Of a DNA stretch of 64,000 nucleotides, positions 13,781 to 26,213 are shown piece by piece. The notes beneath the pieces are model-generated. The model had not been told where the DNA came from, searched no databases, and saw only the letters and a program-made list of their open reading frames with translations. Positions within the stretch are counted from its first letter, which is position 1; every line of letters begins with the position of its first letter. Source of the DNA: Lama guanicoe (taxonomy: Eukaryota); assembly GCA_013239625.1 (NCBI GenBank), contig MU053881.1, positions 10,406,873-10,470,872 of the forward strand, in the 5' to 3' direction. Position numbers and translations under genes: made by a program.

Positions 13781-14649
13781 TACAGGAAGACCAACAATCG
13801 CTATTGGACTGTTCCAGAGGAATTTTAAGATGAAAAAATTCCTAACTGAATCATCGGTTCCAAGTGCATTTAGCAAGCACTGCATAAGGAACACTATTCT
13901 GACTACTCCTTTAAAACAAGTAAATCCTTGATTTGCCCCCTTTTGTCAGTTTCATACCTGCACAGTGCAGACTACGGAGAAAAAAGCTTCCAGTTAAATT
14001 TAAGTTTTCTGGTTGGCTAGATTGCGCGCAGCTTGAGAGCAAGGAATTACTAAACTGATGTGGCCAGTGCTTCAAACCAAGGCTTGTGAAGTGTCCTGGT
14101 GGCTTCTGACCCTAGGATTTTTTAAACCTTAATGGATATACGCTTGAGCATGAGGGGAGGGAAAATGACACTTAGGGCAGCCAAGTGGTTTCTAACTCTC
14201 AAGTGGCAGGGAACTTCAACACGGTGTTTCTGTAGGCAGGATGCTCCTTTGTTCTGCGAAAACCATCTAACTGAGACTTTCAGTTATGCAAATGTAAGGC
14301 AAACACTCTCCTCTGAAATGGAGATGGAGTTCTAAAGATCAAAAAAGTGTTTCTTGGGGAAGGATGTAAAAGTCGTCTAACTTGGGTTGTCATAGGAGAA
14401 AATGCCTTATTGAGAAGGAATTTGCCTGGCCTCCTTGATGAAGCCCCAGGGACTGGGGTTGAAGGATGGAAACTCATTTCATAAGACAATACATGATATT
14501 CTGAGCCCAAATGAGAATTACCCTACGTCCCAGGAAATGAAGAGTCACCTGGAATTTCTTCCTCTCTCTAGCCAGAAGCTAGCCTCATTCTTCTACGTAT
14601 GTTACTGTTATTATTTTGTTATTGTATTTTCTGAGTCATTTTTGTAACT

Positions 14650-14920
14650 TTAAGTATTGTATTTTTCAGTTCTAAACAGTTTTTGTTCTTTTACAGATCT
14701 CTCTGCTCCTTTTTCTAGTCTTTCTGGTTCTTCATTGTGTGATTCCCTCTTATATTTTATATATTCAGGTATCTGGTGAATGCATGTGAGCATTTTAATT
14801 CGGTATCTCATAATTGTGAGAACTGAAGTACTGGGGGACCTAAATCTTTTATTGCTTCTGCTGACTCTCATGCCACTCATTTTCTGGCACATTTGGGAAA
14901 ATTTGAAAGGAATCTCATAT
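14650..14920 (-). mobile_element. Old L1 ORF1 N-terminal region fragment
   Basis: Minus-strand ORF 14650-14892 has a K/E-rich coiled-coil-like composition; DNA ATTGTATTTTTCAGTTCTA...TTCTGCTGACTCTCATG is typical of antisense L1M 5' region. Confidence 0.55.
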
Positions 14921-15617
14921 TTATTCTTATCTGTGGACCATTGGAATGCTTAAATTCAGATGTTCTTCCTCATTCAGTAGCTTTTTTCCTGAACCAAGGG
15001 CTCACTACCGACTTGGGTCTGCTCCAGTCCTCTTCTGGCTTCATCCTGAAAATGTATGACAGGCTCACGTCCACCCAGGAGGGCTAACCCGTGTGCTCAC
15101 TGTTCACAGCCTTTGTTTCCATTCATTGTTTAATCTCTGTTTCTCTTTCTTTTGTTATTTGGCGAGTCCCTTCATCTTCCTGATCCCAGCAACACAATCA
15201 AGATACTACTTTATGACTCTCATCTTGATTTTTTACGGGGCCTCTCAGGATACCTGCTTGGCCATACTGCTAGATGAGGAAGATCAAGATTCTTCTTTGG
15301 TACAATGGCTCTCTGTTCTCCCTTCCAGTTGGATATGGACATGTTTACAAAGAGCCAGTGGTAAATGAACAGGATGTACATGTTGACCTTTTGACTATTT
15401 ATGTAAAGACAAGTTGCTTGCCTTGGATTTCTCACTCAGTCAGTCCCCGACCCCCACCCTAGTGTCTGAAAAACAGTAACAAACGGAGCAGCAGCTGCTC
15501 ATCCAGTCAAGGTAGCCACGTGCCAAGGTCAGAATCTAGCACCAGGCTGGATTTCTAAGTGACCACATGTCGTAGGGGTCCCTAGCTGGCTTGAATGTCA
15601 CATGAATAGAAAGACCC

Positions 15618-16749
15618 TATTTAAACTCATAAGCTTTTGCACAGCAAAGGAAACAATAAGCAAAACAAAACAACAATCTATGGAATGGGGGAAAACATTT
15701 GCAAATGATGCAACTGACAAAGGTTTAATTTCCAAAATATATAAACAGCTCATACAACTTAATAACAACAACAACAAAACCCAGTCCAAAAACGGGCAGA
15801 AGACCTAAACAAGCAATTCTCCAATGAAGACATACAAATGGCCAACAGGGACATGAAAAAATGCTCAGTATCACTAACTATCAGAGAAATGCTCATCAAA
15901 ACTACAATGAGGTATCACCTCGCACCAGTCAGAATGGCCATCATTAAAAAGTCCACAAACGATAAATGCTGGAGAGGGTGTGGAGAAGAGGGAACCCTCC
16001 TACACTGCTGGTAGGATCGTAATTTGGTGCAGCCATTAGGGAAAACAGTATGGAGATTTTTCAAAAAACTAAAAATAGACTTACCATATGAGCTAGCAAT
16101 CCCACTCCTAAGCATATATCTGGAGGGAACTCTAATTTGAAAAGGTACATGCACACAAATGTTCACAGCAACACTATTTACAATAGCCAGGACACAGAAA
16201 CAACCTAAATATCCATTGACAGATGACTGGATAAAGAAGCTGTGGTATATTCATACAGTGGAGTACTATGTAGCCATAAAAAAGATTAAAATAATGCCAT
16301 CTGCAGCAACACAGATGGACCTGGAGATCATCATTCTAAGTAAAATAAGCCAGAAAGAGAAAGAAAAATATCATATGATATCACTCATATATGGAATCTA
16401 AAAAAAGAAAAGAAGAAGACACTAATGAACTCATCTACAAAACAGAAACAGACTCGCAGACATAATAAACAATCTTATGGTTACTGGGGGGAAGGGGGTG
16501 GGAAGATATAGATTTGGGAGTTCAAGATTTGCAGATATTATCTACTATATGTAAAAATAGATAAAAAACAAATTTCTTCTGCATAGCACAGGGAATTATA
16601 TTCAATATCTTATAATAATCTTTAATGAAAAGAATACTACAATGAATATATGTGTGTATATGTATGACTGGGAACATTGTGCTGTACACCAGAAATTGAC
16701 ACATTGTAACTGAATATACTTCAAATAAGAAAAAAAAAAAAAGAAAGAA
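15618..16749 (+). mobile_element. 5'-truncated camelid-type L1 (ORF2 C-terminus, 3' UTR, poly-A)
   Basis: ORF2 remnants [15 protein letters not shown]...[12 protein letters not shown] and [12 protein letters not shown]...[14 protein letters not shown]; 3' UTR TGGGAACATTGTGCTGTACACCAGAAATTGACAC; A tail; possible TSD AGAAAGACCC (15608-15617) / AGACAGACCC (16750-16759). Confidence 0.95.
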
Positions 16750-18064
16750 AGACAGACCCAACAAAATCCTCTATTATTTGAACCTCTACATTCTTCAGGC
16801 AGCCAATCTATATCCTAATACGTATACATTCTTTTTCGGGACATCATGACTAAATCTCCTAAAAGCGCCCAGGGAAGGAAAATGTCAACCTTCACAAACA
16901 AATTCTCTAATCTTTTAACTGAAGATTACAACTGAAATTAAAATCAAGAAACAAGTACCTGGGGGAAGAAAAAAGAATGTAGAGAGAAGGGGACTATGAA
17001 GAGTTTAAACGTGACAGAAAACTGAAAAACGTCTATCTTATCTTATGCCTGGAGGCGGGGGGGGGGGTGGGGGCGCAGAGAAAGAGTTGTAATTACCCAG
17101 TAAGATAAAAGCTGTTGAATTTGTAGCAATGGAAATATTAAGACAAATTAAACACCAAGCTTATCTCTGCTCTGTGCTATCAATATTTTATACTAAACAT
17201 CTGTTCCTTGTATCTCATCTCAGAAACACTTCTCCACTGTATCAGCGCAAGCACAGCTTTTCAGAGCAAATTAAGCTAAACCGTTTTCACTTAATCACCA
17301 ATTGATCACAACACACAGAATGCCACATATTGATCTCGAAGAGCCCCATTTTTCCCAATTCCGTAAAGCATCTTGGAGGAAACACTTGATTTGCAATCAG
17401 TGTAAACTGGTTAGGCTTACACTTCTGACATACTTTAAGTAGGAAGTATTTCGGTGATTAAAAGGATAAAACAACACGTATTTTCAATAAGAGGTGAAAA
17501 CTAGGCAATTCTCACCTTTTAGTTTACAAGGTCTTAGAGCTACAGGAGATCTTTGAGATTCTCCGAGCTTTAATAAATCTCGCTGGGGATGCCAAGGGGA
17601 AGATGGGCATTTTTGTTTCGCAGGCCATTATGATATTAATACCTGGGTGCAACTGAGAATCAGAAACAATGTCTTTTCCTAAAATTTACTTAAGGGCCGT
17701 TACTCCAGGCTAGGTGGACCTCATGCACAATGATGGCCAATCCCTGATCTAGTCCAGAGCCTGTATAGCTCAACACCTGCAGTAGCTGAGTAGGAACTGT
17801 GTGAAGTGTGTTCTGTCCGTATTGTGTGGTTAGATGCTGTTCAACTCCAGATGATTGCTGTTGCCTGGTACACAGACCCCTTGTTACCACAACCTTCTTA
17901 CATTTCAAGACAAGCTTCAGCAAGGTAAAATGAAAATCAAGACATATAGGCAAAAACTCACCCCCCTTTTTTTTTTGCATTATAGTATGACCCAAAAAAA
18001 CACTTGTGTGGACTAGATTTGGCCTCTGACCATAAATTTTTAAGTCTCTGATCGAGACTCACCC

Positions 18065-18300
18065 GTTGAATATAGAAAAAAGGAACAGGAGGCCAGTAGT
18101 GAAGAAGTGTTAGAACTGGGGCTAGAATCCAATCTTTGAGATCAGAAGGATCAACTGTCTTTGTTTCCAGAAGAGTTTCCTAGTTTTGGCACTGAAGTTT
18201 CACATCCCAGGAAACCATTCAGATTTGGGCAAAGTGGAACAATTTATCATCCTATTCTAGATTCTAGTGTTAGTGATTTTTTTTTTCTTCACCACACCCT
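18065..18300 (-). mobile_element. MIR-like fragment interrupted by MER81
   Basis: TAGAACTGGGGCTAGAATCCAATCT resumes after the insertion as GATTCTAGTGTTAGTG...CACCACACC. Confidence 0.5.
18143..18254. mobile_element. MER81-like hAT-Blackjack MITE
   Basis: About 112 bp; GTTTTGGCACTGAAGTTTCACATCCCAGGAAACC core; ends TCATCCTA; degenerate 8-bp TSD TTTGAGAT / TTCTAGAT. Confidence 0.75.
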
Positions 18301-19259
18301 GACTGTGTCTTTCTTTCTTCCTATCGTTAAGAACACAGAAGAGCTCATAATTTTATGTAGGGATGGGGAGGTCAAGGTCCCCATGGTGGCTACCGGTCAC
18401 ATCAGCTATGGCATTTATCACCAAGCCAGAGATAGAACTAAATGGGAAATGGGAGCCAGCAGTCAGACAGACTGAACGATGGAAATTTAGCCTCTGTGAC
18501 CCCTTCACCAGTCACTTCCTCGAGAGTGTTCTATGTTGGGAGACGCCCTTGCTCTGATTATTTAGTTATACAACTTTAATCTGTCTAAAAAGAACCTGAA
18601 AAGAAGTAACAAAACATTAGTTTAATTTCGGTTTTGCACAGATGTTGTACTCACTAAATTTCCTATTAGCGTGGTACTCCAAACTGCACAAGTCATACAA
18701 ATTCCATCCATTTCCCGAGCAGGAAGCAAGGACCTCAGGGAAAAACGAGAGACGGGGAGCAAGCAAGCCTCTGAGCTGTGAGGCAGCGGATCTATTACTT
18801 ATTTTACTCCAAGACCCGGGGAATCTATCTGTGCTCCGAGTTCCAACCAGCTTCAAAGGGAGACTCACGATCACAGAAGCTCGATGAAATAATGGAACCA
18901 GAATAAAATCAGCCCTGTGTGAATTAGATTGCAAAGGCTGGAGCCTAGCTTCATTCACCTCAGACGCTAACGTTCAAATTAAAAACTTTGTATCGCCTTC
19001 TGTGTTCTTCTGAGTCCAAATTTGGTAGCAATGACTAGCCCAGAGAAATGAACACAGGAATTACGGTGGGATAAAAACAGACATGAGTGGTTTTTCCTTT
19101 ACTCTTTCACTTTTTTCAAATGATTGCCCTTAGAGATGCACTTACTTCCCCCCCCCCCAGTGCCAGCATAGAAGTGACAATTAGAGGATGATTTTTCCCC
19201 ACTTTGGCCCTGAAGGGATCTAGGGAGAGACTACAATTTTTCTCTTTGTAAAATCAAGT

Positions 19260-20350
19260 CTGGCTTTGAAGCCAGGATCTCTGAAATGAGGCATTGCAAA
19301 TGTCCTTTGATGAATCAGTCTGTGTGAAGGAGAAAGAGAGAAGGAGAAGGAAGCAGCAGATTGATTGTGGCTAATGTACCTCTCCTGCCATGGCCTTTTA
19401 ATCTTCCTCGACCGGCGCAGATAATCAAGAGGTCAATCAGGAATCCATCAAGGGTCCTTGTCTCAGGGCAGTTTCCAAACTGTTGAAGCCCGCTTTCAAA
19501 TAAGCCGTTTAAGGCGGTCAGCCAGAGAAGAGCTAGAGTGGGGAATGGGGTGGGGTGGAGGGGCACTAGAAAACATTAACTTCAGGGGCGACCTGTCAAC
19601 CAAGTGTGAGAACATTTCCAGGGAGGAACACTCCGGCAGGGTGTGCAGAAATGACGCGATGACCGTGACCTTCACTCACATCATGAATGAATGAAAACCA
19701 TAAATCTAAACCTCGAGTTTCACAAGATGGGGCTGGCTTGCAAGATATTCTGGGTAAAATAATAATATATTTTTTTAAAAAGTCCAGAAGAAGACAAGGA
19801 GTAGATAACTCAATTGTGGTTCAGCAACAGCAGAGTTACAAGTTGTAACCTTTGTTGGCTGACACTGCAGCAGCGGGTGTCTGCAAGTTGTGCTAAACGT
19901 GCCCTTAGGGATTTCATGCCCCTGGGGGCCTTCTGTCTATAAGAGAGAGAGGGGAAAAGAAAAGAAAAGAAAAAAAAAAAAACCAAACCCAACAAGTTTA
20001 GGGGCTGGGAAGAATTGCTTACATTAGGAAGCAGCATTCCCTGTGAAGCGAGCTTGGCGGCGGGCTGCCAGCTTGCTGCCCTCAGTGGAAGCGTTTGGCG
20101 GCTTCCATCCCGCCAGCCCATAAAGAAAATAGCCTTTTCCTTTCCGCCAAGAACATCCCTGACTTCAGATGGCAGCCCTTTTTAAATTTTGGATGAGGTG
20201 TCAAATGAAATTTGACAGCTAACTGATAGGTTCAAATCCTCACAGGGCGGTCTATCCCCGAGGACGCGGAAAAATAATTCACTGCTGGGCCGGCAAATTT
20301 TCAGCCATCCTAATCATTCTGCATTCGGTTTGATGTGCAACCAACTGCTT
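19260..20350. promoter_or_regulatory. Candidate enhancer / conserved non-coding region
   Basis: Repeat-free and relatively CpG-retaining; TCF (CCTTTGATG, 19304), GATA (AGATAA, 19419), AGGTCA (19430) and a T-box/MEIS palindrome (20196-20220). Function is inferred only. Confidence 0.35.
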
Positions 20351-20824
20351 TTTCTGGTGGGAATACAGTACCTCTCATTAGATGGTCCCCTCTGTGACAA
20401 AGGACGATGATTTTCGAAGACATATGTCATCCCCCCCAAATTCTCTAATATTCCAAAATTTATTTCTGTACTGGTAATATTCAGAACTGCCTCTGTTAGC
20501 GAAGTCACTGACCCTCCCCCAAGTGATCTTTGTAAAATACGTTATTTTTAATCTCACTTTGGTTTCATCTCCTGGATAGTCTTTCAATCAAATAATATTA
20601 AACATTTTAAATTGCACAGCTTGGGCAGAACTTAAAAGATGAATGACTTTTATTATCATCCTCCAGTATTTCTAACCCTGCTTACTTCAGCTTTTCTTCA
20701 TCAATATGTTCATATCCTTCTATCCATCGGTGGTCCTGTTCCAATCCTCCAATTAACTGAAACTTGAAGTTGGAACTACTTCAGCAGCCTTGTTCCCACC
20801 TGCTTCTCCAATGTAAGGAGGACA

Positions 20825-21030
20825 TTGTGGCAGAGTGATTTTGTGTTCAAATTCAGGCTCAGCTCACCTTTAGTACACCTGTAACAATTGGCGAGTCACT
20901 CCATCATTTAGACCTCTTTTTTTTTCTCATCTGTAAAGTGAAGATCATAGTAGTACCTAATGTAAAGGCACTGAAGAGCTTGAGACAAACGATGCCTGGC
21001 ACAGAGTAAGGGCTGAGTAAACGGCAGTTC
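20825..21030 (+). mobile_element. MIR
   Basis: GTTCAAATTCAGGCTC...TTTCTCATCTGTAAAGTG...TGCCTGGCACAGAGTAAG. Confidence 0.75.
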
Positions 21031-21865
21031 AAGGGAAAGTACATATCAGTCTAAGAGTAGCCTAGACCACTGTGCTGCACAATAGGCAGAATACAGCTTT
21101 TGTCTGATAACTGAAGTTCTTCACATATGACCTGGAAAGCAATGTTCCAGGATTAGAGAGGTCACTGGAGTTCACTGGTGTCCCTCAGTTTCCGCTCAGT
21201 CCCTCACCATTCTTCTGAGATGGTACCAGGGAGTGTCATCTTGAGTTTATGGTCTGAGATCCCATTGTGTTAAAAAAAAAAATAAAAGACTGAACTCACG
21301 CTTTGGTTCCTATTTCTATGAGCCATTTCCTCCAGTCTGCGTGTTAAAGACCACTGTGCTGGATAAGCAATGTCAGTCTCAGGGAAGAGGGAAGATGGGG
21401 ACGGCCATGTGCCATCTTGGATGAACAGAAGCAGGGGAAGTGAAGCTGAGTTAGAGCATTAAACAGAAAATTGTTACCGTTCTGTGCCATAATGTTCTCA
21501 GCCATGAATAAAGACGTTAGAGAACATTTTATCTCAAAGATCCCTTCTAACTGGGTAGTCTATAAGGAAGGCCAAAGAAGCTTAGGACCAAGGAGGGATT
21601 TCCAAACAAAATAAATTAGATGAGAGGTAAAAAAAAAATTTTAGGCAAAAGAGTGAAAACAAGGAAAAAAAAAGGTGTCATAATTGAAGAAAACATAAAC
21701 TAGCATATAAAGTAAAGCATAATCACACCAAGAAAAATAAATGCTATTACATTTCCTAAATGACAAAGAAGATGAGCACCGTTGTGTTTATAATGCAGAA
21801 CAAACAAACCAACAAAAGTTGCACATGCCAAAGTACAGAGCACCGGCAGTAAGAAAGTGTTTACA

Positions 21866-23790
21866 GATTCAACAAATATGTATTGATCTGCTTTAGGCCA
21901 GGTGACCCTAATGGATCAATGTTTTAGACCCTTTGGGGCATATCAGTGAGCAAACCAGATAAAGATCCCTGATCCTTGAGGAATTTATATTTCTGGAGTG
22001 GAAAATAGTAGATAAATAACAAACTAAACAAATATGTAACATATTTGATACTTTAGAAGGGGATGAATATTATAAAAATTTTTTTTTAAATAGAATAAAA
22101 TAAGGAATGGTAGAAGTGGGACAGACAAGGGTCAGGTGAGGCAGAGAGAGCCATCAGGCCAGGGAGTCACTGAGAAGGTCACATCTGAAGGACGTTTTGA
22201 AATAGGTGAGGGAATTCGCCACACAGCGCTTCAGGTGAGGAGCTTCTGGGACAAGCTCTAACAGAAGGTGGGGAGCATCTCCCACGTTGGATCGGGGTGT
22301 GTGGAAGGTGAAATTCAGTGAAGCAGCCATTCAGGCCATTCTAGAATGGAGGCACTTGAGCAAGACAGGAAGCCACTGTAGAGGGTTAAGCAGAGGAGTC
22401 ACGTGATCAGACTGGACTTGTAAGGGACGTCCTCTGTGAACAGTGGGGGAGGCGGGTAGTGTGGGCAGCAGGCAAAGACAGAAGCAAGACATCCGGCTAG
22501 CAGGCTGTTACAGCAATTCAGATTAGAGACGCTGAAGGTAGGTGCTGGAGGTGATGAGGAATAATGGAATACCAGGTATATTTTGGAGGTAGAGATGCGA
22601 AGTTTTCCTGAAGGATGTGGGTGTATGGCTACAAGAGGAGGACAGAGAATGGGGGAGGCAGCAGTGGGGTCTCACATACGGGGGCAGGCACTGGTTTTAG
22701 ACCAAGCTATGGTAAAGGGCAGCAAGACAGAACAAAAGGGCACAGGTGCTAGGTGGTGGATGGGTCAATGGGAAGGAGTGTGGGGAGATATCCTTCTGGT
22801 GGGTGCAGTTTTCTCTGAGAGGGAAGAAGCAGCATGAACTGCTGGGAATGAGGATGGAACAGGAATATTGGAGGGTTCAAGAGAGAGGCTGTGAAACTGC
22901 TAACTAAGAAAACAGGAGAATGATTAGGAAGTTAAAGTATGGAAGCCTGGCACCACTAGAGTCGCAAACGAGAGTTTTGTTTGTAAAACTTAAATGAGAC
23001 CAGTCAGAGTGGCTGTGTGAGCTCTACTGCATATAAGGTGTAAGCGTGGGATAGGGAGAAGGTTCGTTTTGCCAGCTGAATAGCAGGTGAGAGAGGAGTG
23101 GAAGTCAAAATATTAGCAAGTGCTTTTAACAACTGACCATAAAATTAGTACACATAGGAAGGTGGGCGAGGGCATTAAATGATGAGGAACAGTAAGAAGT
23201 TGACAGAATCCATTGACTGGAGGTGCCAGTGTAATGAAGAGGCTGAGCTCCAGGGGGACTGAAGGTGGAAGTCAAAGTGCGGAGCGCACATAAATATACT
23301 GGTTAGAGGACTGAGGTACTGGTGCTGATGACGTATGATCAGGACATACTCTCAAGGTCTGACCTCGGGAGGGAGCAACTGAAGTAGGATGGAGATAAAA
23401 AAATCTTTGAAGAAGGTCAGTTTAAAAAATGTGGGTCGAAGGCGTTAGAAGGAGCATCTATCACCATGAATGAAAACAGGCATAGTGGTGGAGAGAGGGA
23501 CCGTGAGCTATGGGATAAAGTCATCGAGAAGTGAGAAGAAATTACTTGGGGTTCCGTAGTGGAAAACAATAATAAGGGATACTGGTGATAAAAGTCTGGT
23601 AGCTTGGGTTTCAAAGTTGGGGATTTTAGGGAAATGTGAGGGAGACGAGTCTGAAAGAAGTACTGAGGAACACGAAGGATGTCTGTCTGGTGTGTGTGAT
23701 CGGGCAAATGAGGAGAAAACGCAGATTAGGGGCCATGGTGCCCTTAGGGGAGAGCCAGGTAACACATGTAGGTAATGGAACCATCTAAAG
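21866..23790 (-). mobile_element. L2 (LINE2) fragment
   Basis: TTCAACAAATATGTATTGA (antisense L2 3' end) followed by a long purine-rich L2 body including GGAAGCCACTGTAGAGGGTTAAGCAGAGGAGT. Confidence 0.8.
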
Positions 23791-24719
23791 GGAAAAACAA
23801 ACAAACAAACACAAACAAACAAAAGGCTTCTTGGCAGACTTTGAATATCCTAACCCAAATGTAGTATACATTAGAGCACCTGTACCCTCTGTTACTCCTT
23901 TTTACATTAAGTCCTATTTCACTGATGGATTAATTTCACTCTTAATTCAAATAGGAGAAAAATAGAATCAGATCCTAATATGATTGCAGTTCCTAATTCT
24001 CAATGTCCCATCAAAAAGGAAAAAAGAAACCCAAAAAAACCTCAGGTAAAAACAGTTACACTATTTAAAATGGTTCTTCTGACTTTGATTTTTCCTTCTT
24101 TGGATAGATGAGAGAAGACTGCAATGGGAAGGGTCCTGGTTGGCTGAAAGAAGCAATTCTGTATACTGTTATTTCCAAGTTTGATCAGTCATTTCCAATT
24201 CATTTCCTATTTTTCCTTTAAAAACAAAACAACCCCACCAAGAGTTTCAATAGCAGCCAGTAAAATAATTTGGGCAGCTGACAGGCAATTCAATTTTCTG
24301 GCAGATTTTTAAGATAATCAGACACCTAGGAGAAACTTGTAAATTTGTTTTATTCATGGTCAATTTGCTGCGGCACATTTTTCTCTACCAGCTCACCATC
24401 ATCGTGGAGCGACACAGTGGGCTTAGGTGGTTCACCTGAGGATGCACAGAGCATCCTTTCTGCAAACGAGGCCTCTCCATGCTTCCTGGATCCTTAGATG
24501 AAGGGCACTCGGGTCTTTGTTCATTTGTTAGGAAGTTACGTGCCAGACCCCTCGTGGCTCAAATTCACTGGGGAAAGAGACCTAATTCCTCTGACTCTCT
24601 GTGCCCTCTGGAGCACAGCGGACTCTGAAGCAATTAGCAGAATATTAAGACATCAGCTGATCTATGGGTCAAGAGTTGGAGAGCTGAGGTGGAACCAAAT
24701 ATAAGAACTTTGATCAAGT

Positions 24720-25350
24720 AACTAGATGGGTGATAGGATAAACACTCACAGGACAGGGGATGCCCGTATTTACTGTAAAAGATAGCCAGTCTCTGCCAGT
24801 GAAGAGGAAGATAAATGTGATCTTTTCTGTTGTTTAGGAGAGTCTGCAAAGGCCCAAAGGCCAGCAACAAGAGGTACCCGGAGAAGGAGCTATAGTGGAA
24901 GCAAGCCATCCTTGCACAGTAGTAGAGGAAAGGCCAGATGTGGACTCTGAGCAAGGGAGCCAACTTGAGTGTCTTGAACGGGATGCTGACCTAGAAGAAC
25001 ACCTGCCAAGTGACCCCCAACAGAGGTGGTCCCCTCTGTGTGACTCAGGGAGAGTCGTAGAAGAAGAAGAAAGGCGGATCCAAGGCAGTTAGAGTTCCCT
25101 AGCAGAGGAGACTCCAAGGAAGCTAAGGCCACACCTGCCCAGGGAAAAGGAAAAAGAAACGGGAAACAGATGACTCTGTTCCAGCCAGAGTCATCAATGC
25201 CACAGTCGAACTCTGCCACCTGCCGGGTGGAGCTACCTAACTGGAACATCCCTGCCTTGTCTGTGTTGGGAGCACTCTTGTGTAGCCTGGTGTTACTATG
25301 GAGAAATAAAAGCCTATTGTCATATTTTCCAAATTAAAAAAGAAAAAAAA
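24720..25350 (+). other. Ancient Gypsy-like LTR relic (LTR81-like?) or terminal-exon-like block
   Basis: Acceptor-like TCTTTTCTGTTGTTTAG|G at 24837/24838, purine-rich body, AATAAA at 25305-25310 and an A-rich run at 25336-25350. Family assignment is tentative, from memory. Confidence 0.4.
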
Positions 25351-25571
25351 CCCTGAATCTTTATTTTATAAATGTTTTTACTCTTAAATACAGAACACAA
25401 TGTAGCAGTGTTTATTAATTGTACAGCAAATGAAACATCTTTTCAAGGCCAGATATGCCCCATGGAGCAACACTGCGTGCCCTCCAGCATCAGCAATACT
25501 ACACCCTTCAAGGTTTGTTTCTACCAACGTCTCAGCTATGTGCTTTGTGAGGAATATCTGCTGTGATGTCG

Positions 25572-25771
25572 TTCATTCATTCATTCATTCATTCAATTAT
25601 TTACTTGTTTATTTATTTATGGTCTAAAATTTTCTATTTTGCAAAGGTGGAAAATGACTCTTTAGTATCCTCTGTACTATACTTTTTAAATAGATCTTTT
25701 CAGGTTATTTATTATTCAGTTAATAATAAATAAATAAACAACAACAACAATAAATAATAATAATAACAATA
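25572..25771. repeat. Low-complexity (TTCA)n and (AAT/AAC)n runs
   Basis: Direct reading at 25572-25620 and 25720-25771. Confidence 0.85.
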
Positions 25772-26180
25772 ATTCAATCAATAATCTTCCCAGAGTATTG
25801 AAAACCCAGACAGTCAATGACCTCCCTCGTATATCGACTGATGCTCGTATATTGACTGACTGGTAATTCTGTATTTGCCTATGTCTGTCCATCTGTCTGT
25901 CTGTCTGACTGCCTATTTATTATCAATGATAGAATTATTTTTGAGCATCTTGTTTCTATCTTTACTCTGCACTCGATCTCGATTTGACTAGTTACTTTCA
26001 ATCATGAAAATACTACACATAAAACTTTCAAATATACAAGTAAGTAGAAAAATCAGTATCTTACAAACCACCCAATCACAGTGGTCCTGTCCATTATCAT
26101 CATTTCGGTTTGAAGAGCTTCTCTTTCTGTCTGTCTGTTTCATTTTCTCCCTCTTTTCAGATTAAATCAATCAATCAAAC

Positions 26181-26213
26181 CCATCCATCCATCCATCCAC
26201 CCATCCATCCATC
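26181..26213. repeat. (TCCA)n repeat
   Basis: Direct reading. Confidence 0.9.

Noticed and set aside
15602..16401. ORF2-like ORFs as a functional gene
   Set aside because: The element is 5'-truncated and broken by frameshifts and stops; it is a dead L1.
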